Below are positions 23,560 through 36,204 of a stretch of DNA of 64,000 bases, one piece after another. Below the pieces are notes generated by a model. The model ran no database searches. It saw only the letters and a program-made list of their open reading frames with translations, and was not told the origin of the DNA. The DNA lies in the NCBI GenBank assembly GCA_964016885.1, contig OZ024744.1, positions 64,480,001 to 64,544,000 on the forward strand, given 5' to 3'. The position numbers and the translations under genes were made by a program. This DNA comes from Eledone cirrhosa (taxonomy: Eukaryota). Each line of letters starts with the position of its first letter. Within the stretch, counting starts at the first letter, position 1.

Positions 23560-24070
23560 ATAAAGAGATGGATATACAGACTGAAACATTATACAATAGA
23601 GAGGACCCTCTGGACCAGTTGAGTAACTAACAACCTTCCATTGTTGGTGCTATGTTAAAATGTACCCATTACAATCTGTAAAGTGATTGGTAATTGGTAA
23701 TTGAACAGAGATAATACATATAGGGTAGAAAGGTTGGATGAGCAAATGGCAACATCTCTAGTGATAGTGACAGGGTAAAATGCACCTGATAAACCCTAGA
23801 ACGTGCTTGGCAAACAAATAGAGACAATATTGGGTAGCGAGGACACTTCAGTTCTAGTTGAGCATATGACAACTTTTCTAGTGATGGTGCCACGATAAAA
23901 TACATCCAATACACTCTGTAAAGTGGTTGCCATTAGGAAGGGCATCCATAGAAATATGGAACATATGAGCAAGATGAAACCTTTCCAACCTATCAAAGTT
24001 TCAAACTGTAACAACTTATTCAACCCATAACAGCACAGAAGGTGGAAATAAAATGATGATGATGATAATG
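23560..24070 (+). mobile_element. Old RTE-type 3'UTR with reiterated ACACTCTGTAAAGTGGTTG motifs
   Basis: CTCTGTAAAGTGGTTGCCATTAGGAAGGGCATCC and (GAT)n tail; similar remnants at 30080-30345, 32105-32337 and 44240-44685. Confidence 0.55.
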
Positions 24071-24189
24071 GTGATGGAATATATGGATGATATTCATCAA
24101 ACTGCTATTCTATAGGACATATTGTTTATGTGGGACATAATGTCAACACTAGCTTTCTATAAACTGTGTTGATTATGTGGAAACTGGTA

Positions 24190-24345
24190 CATACACATAA
24201 GCTTAACTCCAGTTTCCTTCAACAAAATTTATTCATAAGGCATTAGTTAGCTAGAGACTATCGTTAGACACTTGTCCGAGCTGCCACTCAGTGAGACTAA
24301 ACCCAAAACCACATGGTACTGAAGTGAACTTTTTAACCACACAGC
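24190..24345 (-). mobile_element. Decayed second tRNA-derived SINE family
   Basis: Reverse complement GTGTGGTTAAAAAGTT..CCATGTGG..GGGTTTAGTCTCACTG..GGACAAGTGTC..GGAAACTG resembles a recalled common octopus SINE. Confidence 0.45.
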
Positions 24346-24361
24346 ATCTATCATTATCATG

Positions 24362-24545
24362 TTGGCGGTATCGGTAGAGGGTCGGACGCCATGCTTTGAA
24401 GCATAGAGTTACCTCCCTTTATGATCTGAGTTCAAATCCCGCCGAGGTTAACTTTGCCTTTCATCCTTCCAGGGTCGATAAAATAAAGTACCAGTAATAC
24501 ACTGGGATAATTGCTGGCCTTGTGCCAAAAGTAGAAACAATTATC
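24362..24545 (+). mobile_element. tRNA-derived SINE (main family, ~190 bp)
   Basis: A-box-like TGGCGGTATCGG, B-box GAGTTCAAATCC, core GCCTTTCATCCTT..GGGTCGATAAAATAAAGTACCAG, tail AGAAACAATTAT. Confidence 0.9.
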
Positions 24546-25423
24546 ATTTTATATTCGATTTCTATGTTGATGTGTGTTAGATCAACACACACTAGAATTT
24601 CTCTCCTGGGATCCAGGTCTATTTAAAACATTTCAGATTTCCAAGGAAATACTTCTTGGCACAGGAAATCCCTGGATATTTTAAATATGTTATTTACATT
24701 TATATTCAGTTAAGACTAAAAAATCTTTATAATGTTATTTTAACTTATCAAGAATACATATGTGTTTGTTAGTTTTGAGTGTGTTTATTTTTGTCTTAAA
24801 ACCTTTCGTTTCCATATTTCTAATGAAAAACACTGCCCAATGTGTTTCAATTAATTTTCAAAATATTAAAGATATGATGGAATCCAATAAAAATTCCTTA
24901 GATAAAATAATGATGAGAGGTTTTAATATAAGTATGAATCTATATATAAATTTGAGCAACTTCCATCTGCCACACAATATGTGTGTTTGTGTGAATGTAT
25001 GTGTGTGTAAAAGGAAGGAAGGTGATGGTGTAAAAACTATAACAAAACAGCGACTGGCGTTCCATTTGCTACGCTGTGTGTGAGTGTATGTGTGTGTGTT
25101 TCTTTAAGTGTATGTTTATGTGAATGTATGTACGTGCGCGTCTGCGTTTATATTTATACTCTCATACATATAAATGTATGCATATGTACACACATAAACA
25201 CATACATGTCAGTGTGTTGAAAAAAACCCTAGTACTTTAAAATGTAGAGTTTTGTATCCTAAAACCAAATGTGGATTCAAGCAGGTTGGCATCAAAAGGG
25301 CTAAATGTATTTGTCCTTATACTGCCACTACTGTCTAGTTTCAACCAATCACAGTACTCACTAGCTGACTTGTTTGTATCTTGCTCCTTGTGCTGAGCAT
25401 CTTTGTAATCTTATACAATGACT

Positions 25424-25626
25424 TTAACCCTTTAACATTTACATTACTCTATATATATACTATTATATTTTCATGGTAAACACTTTACCTCACATAATAT
25501 CGCAGCTACAAGATTTTGATGTTATTTATTTTGAGAACAATACCTTAACATAAGTATGAGCAGCCGGTTATGGCCGGTTTGAACAGAAAGAGGAGAGAAA
25601 ATTCTGGCTGGATATGGCCGATTTAA
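25424..25626 (+). mobile_element. piggyBac-type MITE, right end eroded
   Basis: TTAACCCTTTAACATTTACATT.. colinear with the 16560 copy. Confidence 0.75.
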
Positions 25627-26127
25627 TTCACTATATAATAATCACCAATGTAAAGCTACATACATAAATAAATAAATACATATATTCGTAAATACACAAG
25701 CACATATATACAAACACACACACACACACACATAGGTACGCCAAGTGTATTCCAGTTTTTAGAATAGGTACACTGAATCCCTGCATGTCATAAGAGATGA
25801 ATAAAAAGTTGGTGTCAGGGTGGGGTGGACAGTCAGCTGTAAAAAATTGCCTCAGCCCATGCCATCCAACCCATGCTAGCAGTAAGCAAGCAGTGAAATC
25901 AAACTAATAAAGAACATAGATTATGATGAGATTCACCATGGCTACACAGGAGTCAATCAAAAGAGCAATTATTGCAGATCACAGAACTAACAAAAAGAAA
26001 TTGCAAAACAGAATCATGATCTGTACCAATTCTACAAAAGGGCAAGAGATGATCCCCAGATTGTGTGTATTAGACCTCTATCGACTCCGACCGTGAATGA
26101 CTATTTACATAGACAAAGCAATGCATA

Positions 26128-26532
26128 AATTGACCCCAGTTACTGGTACTATATTTTATCGACTCCGAGAGCAGTGGATTTGCAGAATTGGAAAAGTGTC
26201 AGACAATATGCTTTGCAGCATAGAAGTTTACTCTGCCTTTCATCCTTGTGAGATCGATAAAATAAAGTACCAGTAATGCACTGGGGTTGATTTAATCGAC
26301 TTCCCCCTCCCCTCCAAATTGTTGGTCTTGTGCCAAAATCAGAAGCCATTATTCGCAGTATCGGTAGAGGGTCGGACGCCATGCTTTGACGCATAGAATT
26401 ACGGCCCTTGCCATTCTGAGTTCAAATCCCGCCGAGGTTAAACTTTACCTTTCATCCTTACGGGGTCAATAAAATAAAGTACCAGTAATGTACTGGGTAA
26501 TTGCCTTGTGCCAAAAAGTAGAAACAATTATT
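26128..26532 (+). mobile_element. Head-to-tail cluster of main-family SINE pieces
   Basis: Copies at ~26172-26352 and 26355-26532, preceded by a short inverted fragment at 26128-26170. Confidence 0.8.
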
Positions 26533-26737
26533 TACATAGACAAAGTGATATATAAAGGAACAATTATGACATCAGTTGATAAGGAAAACTTATTGTTTTG
26601 ATATCAGCTGCGATCAATCGAGCTGTTAAAGAACACCTAACACAAATTGGAGTTCCTAACTTCTGGACTTTGAATATTTTACCGAATTGTGTCGCAATAA
26701 CCATTCACCAACAGATGAGAATAACAGATTGATTGCA

Positions 26738-27235
26738 TCATCTTTACGTCCATTTTTCCATATTAGCATGGGTTAGACGAGTTGTTCTATTGTGGGCAAT
26801 GTTAATCAGGTGATCATGTCTTGCTCATACAGAACCGATTCTGGCTTGGTTTCTACAGCTGGATGCCCTTCCTAACACCAACCTCTTTTATAGTGTGTAC
26901 TGGGTGCTTTTTGTCGTGACATCTAAACGACCGCTTTACAATGTGGACTAGGTGCTTTTTTGTCGTAATATCTCCACGACCACTTTACAGTGTTTCGATA
27001 TATCCTCATAAGAGATGTATAGAAGGGTGGGAAGGAGTGGTGCATACTGTATATATGCTTCAGCTTTGGCCTGTGCCTGTGGGAAGTTGGGTCTTCTGTA
27101 TTACTGCATAACGCCAGAGATCTCAGTCCTGTGTCATCGCCTTGAAAGGTGCAATTGGGCAAAGTCGGCTTTTATCACTTCATCCCAAGTCTTCCTAAGT
27201 CTCCCCACTCCAAGGCTTCTATCGACTTTGAACAT
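26738..27235 (-). mobile_element. 5'-truncated RTE LINE (family C)
   Basis: GVGRLRKTWDEVIKADFAQLHLS; 3'UTR colinear with 42480-42938. Confidence 0.85.
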
Positions 27236-27885
27236 CAGAAACACATAACTGAAATGGATCACAAATCCTTTAAATGATATTTGACTACATGTGGAAAACC
27301 CTCAGACAGCTGGATACTATCACGAGTTGCAAAGCAAGTAATAAAATCCTGAATCACCAGCTGTGATTGTATGATAGAAATTATTCAAATCATATGAGAA
27401 TTCCTGATGAAAGACACTCACAAGTAAACTGATTGTTCGCAAATATGAACTTCAAGCAGTAAATGAAAATCTTTGTTACCATATGAAGATAAGAAAGTAG
27501 AAGAATGTAAGACTACCAACTGAATGTTTACATGAAATCCACAAGTTGTATATTACAATATGAAAGGCCATATCATCAAGGTTGTAAAAACTCCTTCCTA
27601 AGGTGACTTGGATTCATTCTAAGGAGGATTTGGAATGTAAACAAACAACACAATTGCAATGCAGTACGGTTAAATGAGCTCTGAAGTGAGTATTGTACGA
27701 ATGTCTCTCCCCCAAAACATATAACAACAATAGTGAAACACTTCAGATTATTTTTGCAAAAATTACTGAATGGAAAAAAAAAAAAAATAAAAAAATTACC
27801 TAGGAGAGACTTGATAGTCTTATTGCTATAAGAAGCTTATGTTTTATAGAGAGGCTCTTGTTGACATATTACAAAAAAACAAAAC

Positions 27886-28216
27886 AAATAATTGTTTCTA
27901 CTTTTGGCACAAGGCCAGCAATTAAATCAGTGTATTACTGGTACTTTATTTTATCGACCCCGTAAGGATGAAAGGCAAAGTTAACCTCGGTGGGATTTGA
28001 TCTCAGAATGGCAAGGGCCGTAACTCTATGCATCAAAGCATGGTGTCCGCTCCTCTACCGATACTGCCAATCCACTGCCCTAACAAAACAACAAAACAAC
28101 AAAACAAATAATTGTTTCTACTTTTGGCACAAGGCCAGCAATTACTCAGTGCATTACTGGTACTTTATTTTATCGACCCCGTAAGGATGAAAGGCAAAGT
28201 TAACCTTGGCGAGATT
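27886..28216 (-). mobile_element. Two tandem main-family SINEs (one full, one 5'-truncated)
   Basis: AATTGTTTCTACTTTTGGCACAAGGCC at 27890 and 28111, each preceded by an A/C-rich run. Confidence 0.9.
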
Positions 28217-28471
28217 AAACAAATAATGAATGCTTAACTTTGTATACCAGACTGGCTGGCAAGTAGCACAGACAACTGGTGCTTTTAGATCAAAGAAACA
28301 CATATGGTCAAGAACTACAGTTTCATAGCAGTCCTAAACATTGTTAAGTATAAATTATACATAAGTTGTTTGAATATGTTTCTACAAACCACTGCCACAC
28401 AAAGTAGTGAAAGATGAGAAAGAGATCCACATGGGGTGGGGTGGGGGGCTGTGATGAACAATCTCTCATCA

Positions 28472-29457
28472 TTAACCCTTTAGCATTTAAACAAGTCATA
28501 TCTGGCCAGTCACCTCTTTCTGCTCAAACTGGCTGTAACTGGCTGTAACTGGCTACTTATACTGATGTTAAGGTATTGTTCTCAAAATAACATAGATTCG
28601 ATATTATGTGAGGTAAAGCCTTTAGCATGAAAATACGATAGTAATTATAGAGTAATCATCATCATCATCATCATCATCATCGTTTAACGTCCGTGTTCCA
28701 TGCTTGCATGGATTTGGACGGGAGTTTTCCCACTTGAGGCAAGAGTGGTTGTCTTGCTCGCATAGGACTGTCTGGCGGGTTTTCTACAGTTGGATGCCCT
28801 TCCTAACACCAACCACATTTACAGTGTGGGGCTGGGAGGTTTTTACTGTGTTGCCTACATGGCCACATTACAGCGTGGACTGTCAGGCAGGTTTTCTACA
28901 GCTGGATGCCCTTCCTAACACCAACCCATTTACAGTGTGGGACTGGGACGTTTTTACCGTGTTGCCTACACGGTCACATTACAGCGTGGACTGTGTGTTT
29001 TTTTTTCGTGACACCTACACGGTCTCATTTGTTTCGGCCTGGATTTTGTGGCACCAACATAACTTTACATTGAAAGGGGCGGTGGGACGGGGGTGTATTT
29101 TGTTAGAGATGCCTACTGACTGTAGTAGGTTTTACTTAGTATTTAGGTAACGCGGGTCTTCTCTGTTACTGAGTACCGCCAAAGGTCTCGGTCCAGTGAC
29201 ATTGTCTTGGAGAGGTGTAAGTGTGTGAGGTCGGAATTTATCAGCTCGTCCCAGGTTTTTCTGGGTCTGCCTATTCCGTGGCTACCATCTATCTTTATTG
29301 CCCTGCACTTTGTTATACAGCTGTCGTCTTTCATGCGCATCACGTGACCATACCAACGTAGCCTTCTCTCGAGTAAACAACATCTGATCCCTCTTATTTC
29401 TAATTTTTTCCTTAGTTCGTTTATGCTTTGCCGTTAATGTAAATGCTAATGGGTTAA
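28472..29457 (-). mobile_element. piggyBac-type MITE split by an RTE insertion
   Basis: TTAACCCTTTAGCATTTA at 28472; MITE resumes TAATGTAAATGCTAATGGGTTAA at 29435-29457. Confidence 0.8.
28657..29435 (-). mobile_element. 5'-truncated RTE LINE (family A) nested in the MITE
   Basis: RRLRWYGHVMRMKDDSCITKCRAIKIDGSHGIGRPRKTWDELINSDL; duplicated 3'UTR segment; (GAT)n tail. Confidence 0.92.
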
Positions 29458-29739
29458 TGATGTCCTCAAAGAAGCACCACTGCAATTTACTCATCAGTGT
29501 GTGAATCATATCACCCACATCATCAACAACTGACCAAAAATGTTTGTATGGTATTACTACCTTCCCACGAGACTTGACATAGTCATAAAAAAATATTTTC
29601 TTTATATAGCATATCAGAAGTTAGTTCTTGTGTTTCAGCCCTAAATATTTCATAATTTTGTGAGTATCTATTAAGTAATTTTGCTCTAGAATACATGACA
29701 AAGATCTCACAGAGTGTACATGTACTTTATTATTTTTTA

Positions 29740-29835
29740 TAACTTTGCCTTTCATCCTTACGGGGTCGATAAAATAAAGTACCAGTAATACACTGATTAT
29801 TTGCTGGCCTTGTGCCAAAAGTAGAAACAATTATT
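29740..29835 (+). mobile_element. 3' half of a main-family SINE
   Basis: AACTTTGCCTTTCATCCTTACGGGGTCGATAAAATAAAGTACCAG..GTAGAAACAATTATT. Confidence 0.85.
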
Positions 29836-29836
29836 T

Positions 29837-29839
<3 letters not shown>

Positions 29840-29891
<52 letters not shown>

Positions 29892-29981
29892 GCACATGGG
29901 TGAGTGGTTAAGGAGTTCACTTTATGATCATGTGTTTCTTGGTTCAATCAACTGTCTTACACACACACACACACACACGCA

Positions 29982-30013
<32 letters not shown>

Positions 30014-30018
30014 CACAC
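29840..30018. repeat. (GA)n, then a SINE head fragment, then (CA)n/(CACG)n microsatellites
   Basis: Directly visible. Confidence 0.9.
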
Positions 30019-30699
30019 GTAGATATACCCCACTTAGTTTTGCAAAATTCAAAGCAAATTCACTAGTATTTATGCCACGATAGAATGCACCTTACACACT
30101 GTAAAATGGATGCAATTCGAACAGAGACAATGCAGGGTCGAGAGGACCCCTTTAACCTTGCTGACAATATAACAACCTTTCTAATTTTGGAGTCATGATA
30201 ACACGGACCCAATATACTCTGTGTAAAGTGGTTGACATTAGAAGCTATCCCAAAAATGGAACATAAGCAAGATGTGATTCTGCAACTTATCTTGGACCAT
30301 GAAAACTTGTCTAACCCATGCCAGCATGGAAAATGGGCATAACATAATAATACATACCTATCTACATAGGTATGCAGACACACATATATGCATAGTAATA
30401 TATATTGATGTATACACACAAACACACAGTCCCACACACACAAAGAGAATGGATAGAATAGAATGAGGAGTAAAACAGAAAGATATATAATAGAATGCAC
30501 TCAGAATGTCAGATAAGATAGACAAACATGTTGAGAAATTTCTCTTGGGGTTGTTTGACCTGCAAACAGTATATGTCTATGTGAGTACATTATTATACAT
30601 AAATATGCATATTTAATTAAAGTGATCTAGCCATGACCAGCTTGTTTGTTCGGTTTTTGTTAGCTATATCGGTTTGTTACATTTTCCAGAATGATCTCT

Positions 30700-31220
30700 T
30701 TAACTATTTAGCATTTAAACCGGCTGGATCTGACCAGAATTCTCTCATCTCTTTCTGTTCAAACTGGCTGTAACCAGCCACTCATACTGACATTAAGGTA
30801 TTGTTCTTAAAATAAATAATATCAAAATCTCATAGATTCGATATTATTTGAGATAATTATGCGAGGTAAAGGCTCCTTTTCTTCGCACACTTATTCCTGA
30901 GAGAGTTGTGGGAGCAGAGTCCTCTAACACTCCCTCTAATTGGTCCTGTCAGAAGCAACCGTCTCCAACTGATCCAGCTGGATCCCCAAGCAAGACCAGT
31001 TTTGCCCATAAAATCTGTCCAGCGATTCTTTCCTGAGACATTCTAACAACATGCCCACAGTATCGGAGCTGTGATCTTTGAGCAACGCACTTTATCAAGT
31101 AATGTTACTCCAAAGACCCTTCGGAGGAACTCCATTTTGGTCGCTTGTATTCACAATCGTAAAGCCCTTACCGTGAAAATATAATATTAAATATAGAGTA
31201 ATACAAATGCTAAAGGGTAA
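30700..31220 (-). mobile_element. piggyBac-type MITE split by a family-B RTE fragment (~30876-31158, minus)
   Basis: MITE halves at 30700-30873 and 31159-31220; candidate TSD GTAAAGGC (30866) / GTAAAGCC (31159). Confidence 0.8.
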
Positions 31221-32643
31221 CTCTTAACATTCTGTACCACATGAAAATGCAGCGAAAGGACATTGTTGAAAAGTGCAAAACAGCTTTAATGTACGAGGGA
31301 CAACTTTAATTATTATGTAATATATCAACAACCATTGACATGGAACATTCGTTTTAGCATAATTAATTGACTTTAATGTCTTTAATCTAATACTACAAAT
31401 GTTTACAAGATTCTATCCTCAATAAAGATACCTGCTTATTATAGGGTGTTAAGATGGTAAGGTGAGATTTTGTTTGCTATTCCTATTAATTTTAGCAAGA
31501 ATATTACATACATATACATTAAATATATGTGTTGCTGTTCTTTGCCATTGTATTGTGACATTTGTAAAGAAATATCTTTTTTTTTTCTCTGCTGACACAC
31601 AAAAAAATAACATGCACTAAATAATAATCATAAATAAAACTTAATGACAAATGCCAAATCATCTACCATTAACACCTAACGTTCTGTACCACATGAATTT
31701 ACACTAACATGATATTCTTGAAGAAAAGTATAAAACAGAATTATGATTTTTGACTGCATGATATGAAAAATTAAAATCTTTACTCAAATACAGCAATTTG
31801 TCACAATTTTCTGTCCAACAGTGAAGATACTATAAAGGTAAAGACCCCCTTCGATCACGAATGACCTTGGGATTTGCACCTAGAAATGTTCCCCCTCTGG
31901 GACACAAGTCTGGATAAGGTTGTAGTAAAGATATTATAAACATTTGAATTAACAAACTGACTTTTAGATATTTTCTGCTAAATCATTAGAGGATGTTTTA
32001 AGAGTTAAGATGGGATGTTCATGCTTTGTGTTAGTTAGTCTAGATTAAAGGATCTCTAACTTTTGGGGCCATGTAATACCCTCAAACCCCCCCCCCCCCA
32101 TAGGACCCAGCCCACACTGTAAAGTGGTGCTGGTCTTGGTTGGGGATGCAGCTGGATCAGTTGGTGTGTAAAAAGCACCTAGTACACACTGAAGGACATC
32201 CAGTCGTAAAAATCCAACCAGTAACAGTTCTATATGAGCAAGACATGGTCACCTGACTCAACTTGCCTCAAATGGGGCAACCCGTCTAACCCATATTAGT
32301 GCGTAAAATGATGATGATGATGATGATGATGATGATGGTGGTTGAGAGTGGTGTTCATAGTATGTGTTCATACTGCTAGTCACTACTATAATTTTCTGTT
32401 TAAGTTGTTCTTTGATTGAAGGTTATCTTCTATCTTCTGTAGTTCATACTTTTCTTTTACTTTCTTTCCCTTTCTCTTTTCTACATCCTTGTTCTTACCC
32501 AGTTCCTCCATGACCATTATTTCTGCTTTTCCAAAATATCCTGTTAATGCAATCTCATGTGGTATTGGGACATTACCAGTTAATCATAGGTCAGATGGAA
32601 TAATTTTCTTAAGTAATGGTCAGATAGTAACAATAATAGTAAT

Positions 32644-35600
32644 GGTTGTAGCTGTATTGGTAGTGGTGGTAGTTGTAGTTGTATTGGTAGTGGTGGTAGT
32701 TGCAGTTGTATTGGTAGTGGTGGTAGTTGTAGTTGTATTGGTAGTGGTGGTAGTTGTAGTTGTATTGGTAGTGGTGGTAGTTGTAGTTGTATTGGTAGTG
32801 GTGGTAGTTGTAGTTGTATTGGTAGTGGTGGTAGTTGTAGTTGTATTGGTAGTGGTGGTAGTTGTAGTTGTATTGGTAGTGGTGGTAGTTGTAGTTGTAT
32901 TGGTAGTGGTGGTAGTTGTAGTTGTATTGGTAGTGGTGGTAGTTGTAGTTGTATTGGTAGTGGTGGTAGTTGTAGTTGTATTGGTAGTGGTGGTAGTTGT
33001 AGTTGTATTGGTAGTTGTAGTTGTATTGGTAGTGGTGGTAGTTGTAGTTGTATTGGTAGTGGTGGAAGTTGTAGTTGTATTGGTAGTGGTGGTAGTTGTA
33101 GTTGTATTGGTATTGGTGGTAGTTGTAGTTGTATTGGTAGTGGTGGAAGTTGTAGTTGTATTGGTAGTGGTGGAAGTTGTAGTTGTATTGGTAGTGGTGG
33201 AAGTTGTAGTTGTATTGGTAGTGGTGGTAGTTGTAGTTGTATTGGTAGTGGTGGTAGTTGTAGTTGTATTGGTAGTGGTGGTAGTTGTAGTTGTATTGGT
33301 AGTGGTGGTAGTTGTAGTTGTATTGGTAGTGGTGGTAGTTGTAGTTGTATTGGTAGTGGTGGAAGTTGTAGTTGTATTGGTAGTGGTGGTAGTTGTAGTT
33401 GTATTGGTATTGGTGGTAGTTGTAGTTGTATTGGTATTGGTGGTAGTTGTAGTTGTATTGGTAGTGGTGGAAGTTGTAGTTGTATTGGTAGTGGTGGTAG
33501 TTGTAGTTGTATTGGTAGTGGTGGTAGTTGTAGCTGTATTGGTAGTGGTGGTAGTTGTAGTTGTATTGGTAGTGGTGGTAGTTGTAGCTGTATTGGTAGT
33601 GGTGGTAGTTGTAGTTGTATTGGTAGTGGTGGTAGTTGTAGTTGTATTGGTAGTGGTGGTAGTTGTAGTTGTATTGGTAGTGGTGGTAGTTGTAGTTGTA
33701 TTGGTAGTGGTGGTAGTTGTAGTTGTATTGGTAGTGGTGGAAGTTGTAGTTGTATTGGTAGTGGTGGTAGTTGTAGTTGTATTGGTAGTGGTGGTAGTTG
33801 TAGTTGTATTGGTAGTGGTGGTAGTTGTAGTTGTATTGGTAGTGGTGGTAGTTGTAGTTGTATTGGTAGTGGTGGTAGTTGTAGTTGTATTGGTAGTGGT
33901 GGTAGTTGTAGTTGTATTGGTAGTGGTGGTAGTTGTAGTTGTATTGGTAGTGGTGGAAGTTGTAGTTGTATTGGTAGTGGTGGTAGTTGTAGTTGTATTG
34001 GTAGTGGTGGTAGTTGTAGTTGTATTGGTAGTGGTGGAAGTTGTAGTTGTATTGGTAGTGGTGGTAGTTGTAGCTGTATTGGTAGTGGTGGTAGTTGTAG
34101 TTGTATTGGTAGTGGTGGAAGTTGTAGTTGTATTGGTAGTGGTGGAAGTTGTAGTTGTATTGGTAGTGGTGGTAGTTGTAGTTGTATTGGTAGTGGTGGT
34201 AGTTGTAGTTGTATTGGTAGTGGTGGAAGTTGTAGTTGTATTGGTAGTGGTGGTAGTTGTAGCTGTATTGGTAGTGGTGGTAGTTGTAGTTGTATTGGTA
34301 GTGGTGGAAGTTGTAGTTGTATTGGTAGTGGTGGTAGTTGTAGTTGTATTGGTAGTGGTGGTAGTTGTAGTTGTATTGGTAGTGGTGGTAGTTGTAGTTG
34401 TATTGGTAGTGGTGGTAGTTGTAGTTGTATTGGTAGTGGTGGTAGTTGTAGTTGTATTGGTAGTGGTGGTAGTTGTAGTTGTATTGGTAGTGGTGGAAGT
34501 TGTAGTTGTATTGGTAGTGGTGGTAGTTGTAGTTGTATTGGTAGTGGTGGTAGTTGTAGCTGTATTGGTAGTGGTGGTAGTTGTAGCTGTATTGGTAGTG
34601 GTGGTAGTTGTAGTTGTATTGGTAGTGGTGGTAGTTGTAGTTGTATTGGTAGTGGTGGTAGTTGTATTGGTAGAAGTTGTATTGGTAGTGGTGGTAGTTG
34701 TAGTTGTATTGGTAGTGGTGGTAGTTGTAGTTGTATTGGTAGTGGTGGTAGTTGTAGTTGTATTGGTAGTGGTGGAAGTTGTAGTTGTATTGGTATTGGT
34801 GGTAGTTGTAGTTGTATTGGTAGTGGTGGAAGTTGTAGTTGTATTGGTAGTGGTGGTAGTTGTAGTTGTATTGGTAGTGGTGGAAGTTGTAGTTGTATTG
34901 GTAGTGGTGGTAGTTGTAGCTGTATTGGTAGTGGTGGTAGTTGTAGTTGTATTGGTAGTGGTGGAAGTTGTAGCTGTATTGGTAGTGGTGGTAGTTGTAG
35001 TTGTATTGGTAGTGGTGGAAGTTGTAGTTGTATTGGTAGTGGTGGTAGTTGTAGTTGTATTGGTAGTGGTGGTAGTTGTAGTTGTATTGGTAGTGGTGGT
35101 AGTTGTAGTTGTATTGGTAGTGGTGGTAGTTGTAGTTGTATTGGTAGTGGTGGTAGTTGTAGTTGTATTGGTAGTGGTGGAAGTTGTAGTTGTATTGGTA
35201 GTGGTGGTAGTTGTAGTTGTATTGGTAGTGGTGGAAGTTGTAGTTGTATTGGTAGTGGTGGTAGTTGTAGTTGTATTGGTAGTGGTGGTAGTTGTAGTTG
35301 TATTGGTATTGGTGGTAGTTGTAGTTGTATTGGTATTGGTGGTAGTTGTAGTTGTATTGGTATTGGTGGTAGTTGTAGTTGTATTGGTAGTGGTGGTAGT
35401 TGTAGTTGTATTGGTAGTGGTGGTAGTTGTAGTTGTATTGGTAGTGGTGGTAGTTGTAGTTGTATTGGTAGTGGTGGTAGTTGTAGTTGTATTGGTAGTG
35501 GTCATAGATAGTTGTATTGGTAGTGGTGGTAGTTGTATTGGTAGTGGTGGTAGTTGTAGTTGTATTGGTAGTGGTGGTAGTTGTATTGGTAGAAGTTGTA

Positions 35601-36204
35601 TTGGTAGTGGTGGTAGTTGTAGTTGTATTGGTAGTGGTGGTAGTTGTATTGGTAGAAGTTGTATTGGTAGTGGTGGTAGTTGTAGTTGTATTGGTAGTGG
35701 TGGTAGTTGTAGTTGTATTGGTAGTGGTGGTAGTTGTAGTTGTATTGGTATTGGTGGTAGTTGTAGTTGTATTGGTAGTGGTGGTAGTTGTAGTTGTATT
35801 GGTAGTGGTGGTAGTTGTAGTTGTATTGGTAGTGGTGGTAGTTGTAGTTGTATTGGTAGTGGTCATAGATAGTTGTATTAGTAATAGTGGTAGTAGTTGT
35901 ATTGGTAGTGGTGGTAGTTGTATTGGTAGTGGTCATAGATAGTTGTATTAGTAATAGTGGTGGTAGTGGTAGTTGTTGTGTTGGTAGTAGTTGTATTGGT
36001 AGTGGTCATAGATAGTTGTATTAGTAATAGTGGTAGTAGTTGTATTGGTAGTGGTCATAGATAGTTGTATTAGTAATAGTAATAGTGGTAGTAGTTATAT
36101 TGGTAGTGGTGGTAGTTATATTGGTAGTGGTGGTAGTTGTATTGGTAGTGGTCATAGATAGTTGTATTAGTAATAGTGGTAGTTGTATTGGTAGTGGTAG
36201 TTGT
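32644..36204. repeat. 27-bp minisatellite (TGTATTGGTAGTGGTGGTAGTTGTAGT)n, ~3.5 kb, degenerating on the right
   Basis: Very homogeneous 27-bp period to ~35870 with few point variants and 3n indels; GGTCATAGATAG interruptions from 35500 onward. Confidence 0.98.

Noticed and set aside
27404-27430. CTGATGA as a hammerhead core
   Set aside because: No helix II and no correctly placed GAAA.
26570-28350. Scattered RT-like peptides (KEHLTQIGVP, LNHQL, KLLPKVTW)
   Set aside because: Possibly a very old non-LTR element, but too decayed to support by eye.
32489-35872. 1127-aa poly-Val ORF as a gene
   Set aside because: TTG start, implausible ~90% Val composition, and repeat variants are non-synonymous (V>E, V>A); a by-product of the minisatellite.
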